Shown: piece by piece, positions 29,128-37,707 of the stretch
Numbering within the stretch: position 1 is the first letter of the stretch
How the letters are laid out: each line of letters begins with the position of its first letter
Assembly (NCBI GenBank): GCA_964012805.1
Contig: CAXGUD010000028.1
Location: 1-46,747 of the forward strand
Direction of reading: 5' to 3'
Length of the DNA: 46,747 bases
Source of the DNA: an uncultured Bacteriovoracaceae bacterium
GTDB lineage: Bacteria > Bdellovibrionota > Bacteriovoracia > Bacteriovoracales > Bacteriovoracaceae
Made by a program: the position numbers and the translations under genes
The notes under the pieces: generated by a model
The model's input: the letters and a program-made list of their open reading frames with translations, nothing else
What the model was told of the DNA's origin: nothing
The model's database searches: none

Positions 29128-29811
29128 TATTAAGTCCCAAAACAATTAATATATTCCGTTAATTCAATCGATTTAAATTTCTAGAAAGATAGGCTATCCA
29201 AAAATTTGAAATCTGTTTAAAAGTCGCCCGACTGCCAATTTTTAAGGGATAAAAAACTCTATTTAGCTTTAAATAGAAAAGAAAAATCTATTTCTCTCCC
29301 TCGCTCAAAAAAAATTTATCTCTTTTAAAAATAAAAAAAAGTATGAGAGTTAATTCTATGAGTTCAAACAGCCTTTAGTATTAACAACATATTAAAAGGC
29401 CAATTTTTGTTTACATCACCATACTTTTTGTCTGATTTTTGAATAAGATTAAGGTATTGGTCAATGTTCCTAACCTAGTTACAATAAATTTAATAAAAAC
29501 AAGTTAAGAGTAGTAATAATTTTATTGCAGTCTTTAAAAGAAAATTAATACTAAGGGGTGGCATGTGCCATTTACACTTTTAAAAATAATTCAAAGGGCC
29601 TATTTTTGGTGGTTAAACGAAATAAAAATTTTGTGTTTCACTCACTCATTTGTCTTTTTTAGCAATCTCTCCAAAGGAATAATTAACTCAGGGCAAAAAT
29701 TAAAACCTCTTGAAATAAAAAATAAACAAGAGGGATTATTCCATAAAATTGTTAAAAGTTTATATAAAGACCCCAAGAGCTGGGATCTTAGCGTGAGTTA
29801 ACAACCTATGG

Positions 29812-29845
29812 GGAGCTAGCTATTAATTACTTGAAAGCTAGCTCC
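29812..29845. other. Intergenic inverted repeat
   Basis: GGAGCTAGCT (29812-29821) / AGCTAGCTCC (29836-29845), extendable by ATGG/CCAT. Confidence 0.55.
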
Positions 29846-30210
29846 TCCATTATTCTAAAGAGTGGCCCGAATTGATATATAACTCTAGAAAAAGCATGAA
29901 AAAGCGCATAGAAATTCAAAAAGTCCAGAGGAAGGACATCCCCAAAAGGGTAATAAGTGCCTTAAATTTAGAGTTTTAATTAAGGTGCATTGCCTGGGGT
30001 CATCAATAAAATCTTAACCAAACCCTAATTTTTGCCAAAAACCAATCCCTCAAACACCAACTTTTTCCAAACTCATTCACGGTTAAAGATATTAAGATTT
30101 ATCAATAAAAAGTCTAACTCTTATATAAAAAAAGCTTTAGTATAAACAATTCCAAATATGTAATATTGGTTACCTTCGGTTATAAAACTTAAATTAAGTG
30201 AAAGCTCGCC

Positions 30211-31707
30211 ATGACAAAATTATTTCTTGTTTTCGAAAATCAACTCTTTAACGAAAAGTATTTTAGACCTTTTAAAAGCATCCCTTTCTTTTTAAAAGAG
30301 GATTTCGATTATTTAAACAGGTTTAAATTTCATAAAAACCGCTTGCTATTTTATATAAGGTCAATGCGTGAATTTTATAGAAGTATGAAGTTAAAAGGTT
30401 ACGATTTAACTTATAAAGAAATAGAACCTCCTGAAAATTCAAATAAAAAAAATTATGAAGATCAATTGTCCCAAAAAATTAAAGAAAGAAACATCAAAGA
30501 AGTCCTTTTTTTTGAGATAGAAGATAAAAACCTTGAAAAACGAATTAAAAGAATTCTCAAAAAGTATAATATAGAAGCCAAAGTTATTCCTTCTCCCATG
30601 TTTTTATCTTCGAGACAAGATTTTAAAGACTATTTGAGTACCGTTAATTCGCCTCTTATGGCCAATTTCTATACAAGGCAAAGGAAGAAGTTCAATATTC
30701 TATTGGACGATCAAGGAAAGCCTCTGGGCGGCAAATGGAGTTTCGATGCCGACAACCGCAAGAAAATTCCCTCAAATATTAAATTCCCAAAAGATAAAGA
30801 CTATTTTAAAGAGGATCGTCATTTTATAAAAGAAAAGAAATTAATTGAAAACCTATTCCCAAAAAACCCTGGTTCAATGGAGCATTATTGGTTACCCACA
30901 AATCATAAGGATGCTCAAAAGGTTTTAGACGATTTTATTAAGTACAAATTAACTAATTTTGGGACTTATCAAGACTCTTTGACCACAAAAAATGACTTCG
31001 TCTTCCACTCTCTTCTAAGCCCTTATATGAATATAGGTTTAATTACTGCTGAAGAGATCATTAACAAAGTTTTAAAAGCACATCAAAAAGACAACTTTCC
31101 TCTAAACTCTCTAGAGGGCTTCATAAGACAAGTTATAGGATGGAGGGAATTCATAAGAGGAATCTACCAAAATTACGATAAAGAGGAGAGCTCTACTAAC
31201 TTCTGGAATCACAAAAGGAAGTTACGTAAGTGTTGGTATGATGGTACTACGGGAATTCTCCCTGTCGATGATGCAATAAAAAAAGTACAGCGGCTGGGTT
31301 ACAATCACCATATTGAACGACTCATGGTTTTATCCAATTTTATGCTTTTATGTGAAATTAACCCGAAAGACGTCTATAAATGGTTTATGGAAATGTATGT
31401 AGACTCAAGCGAATGGGTCATGGGCCCCAATGTATATGGAATGGGTCAGTTTAGTGATGGTGGTATATTTGCCACAAAGCCTTATATCAGCGGTTCAAAC
31501 TATATCCTTAAAATGAGTGATTATAAAAAAGGTGATTGGTGCAAGGTTTGGGATGGTCTCTATTGGAACTTTATTAACAAAAAGAAAAAGTTTTATCAAA
31601 AAAATGCACGATCGGCTTTTATGGTTAATACCCTAGACAGAATGGAGTCTGGGAAGAGAAAATCACATTTTGAAATTGCCAACCAATTCTTAAAAACAAT
31701 CGATTAG
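30211..31707 (+). CDS. Cryptochrome/photolyase family protein, prokaryotic (6-4) photolyase (PhrB-like)
   Basis: NQLF, FHKNRL, GGKWSFDADNR, FGTYQD, FHSLLSPYMNIG, EGFIRQVIGWREF, HHIERLM and TKPYISGSNYI motifs. Confidence 0.9.
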   Translation: MTKLFLVFENQLFNEKYFRPFKSIPFFLKEDFDYLNRFKFHKNRLLFYIRSMREFYRSMKLKGYDLTYKEIEPPENSNKKNYEDQLSQKIKERNIKEVLFFEIEDKNLEKRIKRILKKYNIEAKVIPSPMFLSSRQDFKDYLSTVNSPLMANFYTRQRKKFNILLDDQGKPLGGKWSFDADNRKKIPSNIKFPKDKDYFKEDRHFIKEKKLIENLFPKNPGSMEHYWLPTNHKDAQKVLDDFIKYKLTNFGTYQDSLTTKNDFVFHSLLSPYMNIGLITAEEIINKVLKAHQKDNFPLNSLEGFIRQVIGWREFIRGIYQNYDKEESSTNFWNHKRKLRKCWYDGTTGILPVDDAIKKVQRLGYNHHIERLMVLSNFMLLCEINPKDVYKWFMEMYVDSSEWVMGPNVYGMGQFSDGGIFATKPYISGSNYILKMSDYKKGDWCKVWDGLYWNFINKKKKFYQKNARSAFMVNTLDRMESGKRKSHFEIANQFLKTID

Positions 31708-32108
31708 GATACACACAAGGCTATTCTCAGATCATAAGTAGCTGAAAAATTGTAGAGCGGTTTCTACAACCCCAGAGATCCACACGGGGGAAGGGGTAGA
31801 AATAAACTAGACAACTTCTACTTTGGTTTTGTTGACTAAAAACCTAAAAAGAGTTAAGCGCCACTCAATTATTTAGTTTACAAGCATATACTATTGAAAT
31901 GATTGTTTTTTTTCCGAGAATTCAAACGCAGATTTAAATTATTTTTTTTAAAAAGTATTCGTATAACTTTTGCCTGCAACGACGTCTTGGTTTTGTGTAA
32001 CTTTAATCTGCTGAAATAAACCCGTAAATCGCTTAAACTATAATTCAAGAGTTTTAAGATTTTTAACAACTTTAACACAAAAACCTTATTTATCAGCAGG
32101 AGGTAATT

Positions 32109-32594
32109 ATGGAAAACAAAAAGAATTACAAGATGCTTTTAGCCAGGACTGTTCTGGGAGGCATCTTTCTGATTTTCGGGGCTAATGAGATTTTCAAGAT
32201 TAACCCCGTTCAGTGGTGGTCTGAACCAGAGGCTCTGAATTTCGTTCAAACACTTAAAGAAACTGGTTATTTTTATTATCTTATTCACTCAATAGAGCTC
32301 TTATTTGGGACACTACTTATTGGCGGAGTTTTTGTACCACTATCAATACTGATATTAACACCTGTAATGTTTAACATCCTATACTTTACAATGTTCTTAG
32401 ATCCATCATTATGGTGGTTGAACCTCATTCAGGTCGCCTGCTTTGGTTATATATATGCTTACTATTCCGATTTTTTCAAGTGGATTTTGAAATACAACAT
32501 GAAGATTGATCCCAATTCGATAGAGGAAGCTGATCTCTTGCCAAGGATAGAGATAGGTAAAGCAAAAATACCTGAAAATAAGGAAGTTGCATGA
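32109..32594 (+). CDS. DoxX family membrane protein
   Basis: AGGAGG RBS; ARTVLGGIFLIFGAN, L.ETGY, IELLFGTLL, FVPL and PVMFNI. Confidence 0.75.
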   Translation: MENKKNYKMLLARTVLGGIFLIFGANEIFKINPVQWWSEPEALNFVQTLKETGYFYYLIHSIELLFGTLLIGGVFVPLSILILTPVMFNILYFTMFLDPSLWWLNLIQVACFGYIYAYYSDFFKWILKYNMKIDPNSIEEADLLPRIEIGKAKIPENKEVA

Positions 32595-32653
32595 AAGTAG
32601 AGAAAGGTCAAAAGTATTGACAATTTCTTGAGGTAAGGCTGGGAAAAAATGAG

Positions 32654-32971
32654 ATGGAAAAGCTACTTATAAACAGGATAAAATCAGAATTTTCCATAAT
32701 ACCTGAAAATGGATTAAAGATTGAGGTTAGTTTTAAAGGAAAAGGCACAAAAAAGATGAAAGGTATTTCTAAAATTAAAAAGTCCAACGGAAGGACATAT
32801 GTGTCGGTTCACCCCGAAAATAAAAAGCCGATTCTAGTAAGAACCAATATCATCTCTTTAATTATTTTCCTGGAAAACCTAGGGTTGATTGAAGACTTAG
32901 AAGTATCCTTTTCTTTCATAGGGGTTAGCGGTTCGAAATCAACCTTCACAATCTTTCAAAATGAAAATTAA
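32654..32971 (+). CDS. Hypothetical protein, possibly truncated at the N-terminus by a nonsense codon
   Basis: 105-aa ORF. An in-frame ATG at 32591 overlaps the DoxX stop but is separated from it by TGA at 32618. Confidence 0.5.
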   Translation: MEKLLINRIKSEFSIIPENGLKIEVSFKGKGTKKMKGISKIKKSNGRTYVSVHPENKKPILVRTNIISLIIFLENLGLIEDLEVSFSFIGVSGSKSTFTIFQNEN

Positions 32972-33021
32972 TTCATTAAACAATAATCCATAGTTTTTAG
33001 AATATTTCTGGATCAATTAAA

Positions 33022-33531
33022 TTAAACGGTATAATCATTTTCCAGGTATGTTTTCCAAACTTCAGACTCCAAATCTTTTATATCTGGCAAAATATTTTCA
33101 GCTCTACTCGACTTAGAATTAACTGAACAAAAATCAATAAAGGCAAATGCATCCATAGAATAAAGCTTTCCATCTTCTTCTTTGTGAAAATAAGAATAAT
33201 TAATGTCACTAAAAAGAAGTTTTAGATATCCATGGACTTTGTTATCCAAATATATTGGTATTTTAAATTGGTACCTAGAACAGTCATCTGCTTCGTAGTA
33301 TTTTACTGATACAGCACACTTTTTTAAAACTTCAATGTGCTTCATATATTCGTTTTGGTCCTTAAAAATAGTCTTCTTTAAGGTTACTTCTAAAATATCT
33401 TTTCCTTCATACTTGTTCCATGAAGAAATAGGTTCTTCGCCCTTAAGCCAATAACCTCTCTTTTTCATTTCAACTAAAAGACTTCCTTCTAAAAACGACC
33501 TAAGCCTTTCATTATTAATCTTTAAAACCAC
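33022..33531 (-). CDS. Hypothetical protein
   Basis: 169 aa; GTG start preceded by GAGG. Confidence 0.65.
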   Translation of the reverse strand: MVLKINNERLRSFLEGSLLVEMKKRGYWLKGEEPISSWNKYEGKDILEVTLKKTIFKDQNEYMKHIEVLKKCAVSVKYYEADDCSRYQFKIPIYLDNKVHGYLKLLFSDINYSYFHKEEDGKLYSMDAFAFIDFCSVNSKSSRAENILPDIKDLESEVWKTYLENDYTV

Positions 33532-33824
33532 TGAACCTCACCTAATCCTAAGCCACAAAGCTAAATCGGTATATTACTAATATAAGCCTTTATACAAAGA
33601 AGCCCTCCTCAAATTCCAAGATAAACAAATGGGAAAAGAAATTGTTTAATAATTTCAATTAATTAAAAAAGTAACCTGAAGAGAACTATTGAAAATAATC
33701 CATCATTTAGGAACCGTTTTAAAATGTAATAAAAAAAAGAAATTTTTGATAATTATGATGAAGAAGGCCTTAAATTACAAAATATCAATTAATGAGATGG
33801 AGCTTAATAAAGGTTTTTTTTTAG

Positions 33825-34022
33825 CTAAATATAAAATATCTCAACTTCGCCATTTTTACAGGTAAAAGACAAAGACTTCTCAACTTTTAAGTTGATTATA
33901 AGGCTCTCAATTGTATTTGATTCATCCCACCAACTAACTTCAGACTGGCTTCCAAGGCTTACAATAATTCCTTTAACATCTTTCGACTTAACTTTATTCT
34001 TAATTACCGCTTCCAAACTCAT
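33825..34022 (-). CDS. Small hypothetical protein
   Basis: 65 aa; AGGAG upstream of the ATG. Confidence 0.55.
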   Translation of the reverse strand: MSLEAVIKNKVKSKDVKGIIVSLGSQSEVSWWDESNTIESLIINLKVEKSLSFTCKNGEVEIFYI

Positions 34023-34589
34023 TCACCACTCCTGACATTATAATTTTAAGGTTTCTTAAAGATTTTTTAAATTCAACAAAATCTGAAAGAGCTTGAACAA
34101 AAGTTGAAAATAAAAAAACTTCTTTAAACAATTTAAATAAAATTTATCGTTTACCAAGAAAGTAATTGATATTATTGGAGTAACCTGATTTAAAGACCAG
34201 GAAAAATAACTTTAAGCTTCTAATCAAACATCATAACAACATGGTTACAAACGATCGTAAAAAATGGATAAGAGAGCGATAGGTCAATAAAATTTATTTA
34301 TTAATTAAGAAACTTTTATAACTGAATAAAAAGAAGATTAATCTAAACTCTCATTCAACCCAAGAAAAGATGAGTTGTCATATTCCTTTTGAAGGCACTC
34401 TTCGATTTCTCAGTTATTGATTTCACAATTTTTTTGGTTTGCACTACCTTCAACTAAAATACCGGCAATATTGTAATCACCACTATGTTCTTGTATAGCA
34501 AAATGTCTAATTTTTTTCCTTTAATACTCTTCAAAACAAGCAGTAAAAAAAAGTAAAGGATTTAATCAACATAAAAAGTTACCTTCAAT

Positions 34590-34832
34590 CAATTTATAGC
34601 GGATTTAAATTTATCGCAAGTTCAATCTCTCTCAAGGTCTTTGAAGCAAACCCCTTCACGGCATATCTCGTCTAGTGACTTTCAAATTATATGAGAGCTC
34701 GTGAAAGCAGGCCTAGGGTACGGTATCCTGCCTGAACGTTTTGTTCTTCAAGAAAAGCTAAAACTAAAAAATGTATTTCCTGACCATTTTTTTAAAGATG
34801 AACTTTCTATTGATTACCATTCTGCTTTCTAA
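34590..34832 (+). pseudogene. Remnant of a LysR-type regulator substrate-binding domain
   Basis: Manual translation QFIADLNLSQVQSLSRSLKQTPSRHISSSDFQII*ELVKAGLGYGILPERFV...FFKDELSIDYHSAF*. In-frame TGA at 34692; no start codon or HTH upstream. Confidence 0.7.
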
Positions 34833-34947
34833 ATACCAACCAAAAGACTTTAGAAACAGCACGTAACAATGAAAATATACTAAATTGCCAATATGATTTT
34901 TCTTTGCCATCATTTTTTAACTACTAACATTAAGAAGAGGAAATGGT

Positions 34948-35484
34948 ATGAAATTTTTAAGTGTTATTGCCCTTTTGATTTCTTTGATAAATTTTGGTTA
35001 TACATTTGAAACAATCGAAAAAAGCCTCGATACATTTGAACTTGAATTGGTTGATTTTGAAGAAATAGAGGATTTAGATGATTTAGATTATTTAGAACCA
35101 AAAGGATCACATCATTCATCCTGCAAAAACATTAATATGACCAAGGAACAAAAACGTTCCATTATGATGTCTTTAATCAATTTGAAAAAAAGAGGCATTG
35201 ATCATAAGGCAGAAATGAAAAAAGCAAAAATTGATTATATGGTCTCGCTATTTAACCCTGGGTCGAAAAGAGAAACAAGCTATGCGATTGGAACAAAAGC
35301 ACTAAACCATGCTACAGCTATGAAGAAAGAAGCCTTTGAGTTCATCCACAAAACACTTTTTACGACCTTACAATCTGATCAAAGAAAAAACTTAGTAAAG
35401 TGCATGATGAAGAGGAAGAAAGCGAAAAAAGCTCATAAAAGAAGTGGAGGTCACGGAGGTCACCACGTTGTCACTAAAAACTAA
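34948..35484 (+). CDS. Secreted Spy/CpxP-like helical protein with a His/Gly tail
   Basis: Signal peptide, acidic stretch, LTxxQ-like motifs MTKEQK and LQSDQR, C-terminal HKRSGGHGGHH. Confidence 0.55.
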   Translation: MKFLSVIALLISLINFGYTFETIEKSLDTFELELVDFEEIEDLDDLDYLEPKGSHHSSCKNINMTKEQKRSIMMSLINLKKRGIDHKAEMKKAKIDYMVSLFNPGSKRETSYAIGTKALNHATAMKKEAFEFIHKTLFTTLQSDQRKNLVKCMMKRKKAKKAHKRSGGHGGHHVVTKN

Positions 35485-35509
35485 GGTTGATTAGACCCTC
35501 ATTAGTTAA

Positions 35510-35536
35510 GGTGCCAAAAACGTACTTTTTGGCACC
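35510..35536. terminator. Hairpin terminator candidate
   Basis: Perfect 11-bp stem GGTGCCAAAAA-cgtac-TTTTTGGCACC, 25 nt after the stop codon. Confidence 0.65.
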
Positions 35537-35846
35537 ATTAATTCTATACTAAAAAACGCCAAGATCTAATTTTCAAAGCCCAATTGAAAACTTCACATAA
35601 CGGCTTAATTAGGATTTAATCTTCCTTATTTTAAAAACAAAAAAAAGCTTCCCATCAAATAGTGAGAAGCAATGAGGATATTTATTTTATAGTCTTCTTG
35701 AAATTAATGATCAGAAAGCTTAACTTTATCACCAATAGAGTTTGGGCCTAACTTCTTAGTTGATACTCTGCTAAGGTTATTTTAAAAAATAATAAAAAAA
35801 GATTTGAAAGTTTTAATAATGCTCATTGCATAAAAAAGTTTAAACT

Positions 35847-36368
35847 ATGACAACATCAAAAATAAATACTAAAAATTTAAGAAGGACTTCAAAAGTGGAT
35901 TCTCCTAAAAACCGCGCTTTTTACACTCTTTGTTTCTTTCTGTTCTTTTCAATTAACGCCAAAGCAATCACTTGGGAAATTATAGGTCCATGCAACAAAG
36001 AACCTATCGCAAAAGGTCTCTTTAAAGTAAAGGACCTCAAAAAAAACTCCGTTGGTAAAACCAGCCTACTCATCTTTAAAGAAAAGAAAATCTCCTTTGA
36101 AGGGAATGAGGTCATGATTAAGAATATTGAAGGCCTTCCCGGTAAATTTGAAACAATCGAACTAGGCGGCCAGGATTTTAGAAGTCTTGGATGGTGCTAT
36201 GAAGTTAATGGCAAGCAACCTCCACTTTATATGAATAAAGTCCATTTCCAATCACAAAACGACCACCTAACCTGGGTCTTGGGTCAAGCTTCTTTTATTG
36301 ACCGTGAGTGGAAGGAGTATTGCACTCCCGTTCACCATTTCAACTACTCATTTTTCTGCAAAGAGTAG
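35847..36368 (+). CDS. DUF4430-like exported protein
   Basis: Hydrophobic signal; IKNIEG and GWCYEVNGKQP...D.LTW pattern. True start may be downstream. Confidence 0.65.
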   Translation: MTTSKINTKNLRRTSKVDSPKNRAFYTLCFFLFFSINAKAITWEIIGPCNKEPIAKGLFKVKDLKKNSVGKTSLLIFKEKKISFEGNEVMIKNIEGLPGKFETIELGGQDFRSLGWCYEVNGKQPPLYMNKVHFQSQNDHLTWVLGQASFIDREWKEYCTPVHHFNYSFFCKE

Positions 36369-36856
36369 GCCCTCTTTTCTTTTGAAAAAAGAATGTACTG
36401 ATTCTCTCTTTTCCCTAAGTAATCAATTTCAGCAAAGTGAAGGTGTTGTGGTGAAAATGGGAAAAAAGCATTGAAATAAATTTTAATTTTTGAAATATCA
36501 TTGAGTCTTTTTGGACACTGATAAGAAAAAGAAACGACTATATCACCCCCTTGGAGAGGCAAAGAAAAAGGCTTTTTGAAGAGAGGACACAATTCATCTT
36601 CTTTAGTGACAACAACCTTTTCTTCTAGATAAGCATTCAAACTCTCCGTTAAATTCTTTTTAGGAGGCTCAGAAAAGCGCATTTTCCTTATAAGAAAGGC
36701 CTTAATTCGAAGAGAGGCTTCCACCTTTTTATTTCTTAATTTCCAAGTAGAATATGACCTTCCTCCAAAGTGTGAAAAGGCCACATCCAGGTTAAGAAAA
36801 TTTAAGGAAAATAAAATGATTAAAAATTTAAGAGGACTTTGTCTTAAAAAATTCAT
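36344..36856 (-). CDS. Exported protein resembling the N-terminal soluble domain of HupE/UreJ-family proteins
   Basis: ATGA overlap with the upstream gene at 36853-36856. Signal ending VAFS-H, RSYSTW, two Cys, FF...PQHLHFA; no membrane domain follows. Confidence 0.6.
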   Translation of the reverse strand: MNFLRQSPLKFLIILFSLNFLNLDVAFSHFGGRSYSTWKLRNKKVEASLRIKAFLIRKMRFSEPPKKNLTESLNAYLEEKVVVTKEDELCPLFKKPFSLPLQGGDIVVSFSYQCPKRLNDISKIKIYFNAFFPFSPQHLHFAEIDYLGKRENQYILFSKEKRAYSLQKNE

Positions 36857-37656
36857 GATTTTTTTCCCAATGACCAATCAACATATATAAGAGCTTCTTT
36901 TCTCATTTCCAAAAGCCTTTTTTTAACAAACTCCTCTCTTTGCCTTCTTTGATAAAGTTTTAAAACTTCATTTTTGACACTTTCAAATGAATTTTGTCTT
37001 GAATCACTTTCTCTTTCCAGTACTTTTATATAATGAACATAACCACCTTTTTCAATTGGACCAGCTGTTTCTCCGATTTTCAATTTTAAAGAAACCTTAG
37101 TTAAACTCGGTCCTAAATAAGGAAGAAGAGAGTTAATGGGGAGAAGCCTTTTTGGAGTATAAGAGGTGGACTTACTTTTATCTTCACTTTTTAAATGAAT
37201 CCTGTGATCGACTTTTATCCTTGAAATAGGACGAAATTCAGGTTTATTTTTCTCAAAAAAACTCTTTAACACCTCATTTGTTGGAAGCACTGTCCGCTCA
37301 GGATTGGTTTTTATAAAGTCCATCATTGAAGAAATAATGGTCTTTCTGATTTGAGGATCTTTTTCTATAAGGCCAAGCTTTTTTGCCTTTTGAAATAGAA
37401 GTTCTTCTTCTATCATTCTTTGTAAAACGAGTCTTTTTTCAGCCTCTGTTAAAGGATTTCTTTTCCCCTCTTCTGCTTTATGAAGGTAGAGATGGTATTG
37501 ATCCCAACTAATCGCTTTTCCATTAACAACCGCAAGGCCTTTTTCAGCCTCAGACGATTTTATGAAGGGTCCCTCTCTATTCAAAACAAAACCAGTTCCC
37601 ACTCCTAGAAAAAAAATCATCGTTATAACAAAAAATTTTTTATTAAAAATTCTCAC
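36853..37656 (-). CDS. SurA N-terminal / degenerate PpiC-type peptidyl-prolyl isomerase
   Basis: N-terminal TM, AVVNGKAI, LQRMIEEELLFQKA..LGL..DP.IR, LKIGETAGPIE..G.VHYIKV and FESVKNEV. Confidence 0.8.
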   Translation of the reverse strand: MRIFNKKFFVITMIFFLGVGTGFVLNREGPFIKSSEAEKGLAVVNGKAISWDQYHLYLHKAEEGKRNPLTEAEKRLVLQRMIEEELLFQKAKKLGLIEKDPQIRKTIISSMMDFIKTNPERTVLPTNEVLKSFFEKNKPEFRPISRIKVDHRIHLKSEDKSKSTSYTPKRLLPINSLLPYLGPSLTKVSLKLKIGETAGPIEKGGYVHYIKVLERESDSRQNSFESVKNEVLKLYQRRQREEFVKKRLLEMRKEALIYVDWSLGKKS

Positions 37657-37707
37657 ACTCTCTTCCTTTTTTTGCTTAAATCTTATCTCAATTTAAATTT
37701 AATTTTT

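Noticed and set aside
29565..29801. 78-aa plus-strand ORF
   Set aside because: GTG start, no recognisable motif, AT-rich context; cannot be supported, though not excluded.
31750..31821. TCTAC/GTAGA motifs resembling Cas12a repeats
   Set aside because: No regular repeat-spacer period, stem order differs from the Cas12a repeat, and no cas gene is nearby.
31878..32078. 66-aa minus-strand ORF
   Set aside because: Non-ATG start, Leu/Lys/Asn-biased composition typical of AT-rich noncoding DNA, and it lies over the DoxX promoter region.
34640..34735. GC-richer tract with GCAAACC and GAAA considered as a c-di-GMP riboswitch
   Set aside because: The expected stems are not evident, and the tract translates as a LysR fragment.
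29970..34832. TGA recoding (alternative genetic code) in the variable region
   Set aside because: The interrupted frames also contain TAA stops, TGA ends intact genes in the window (3837, 32594), and long genes are uninterrupted. Decay explains it better.
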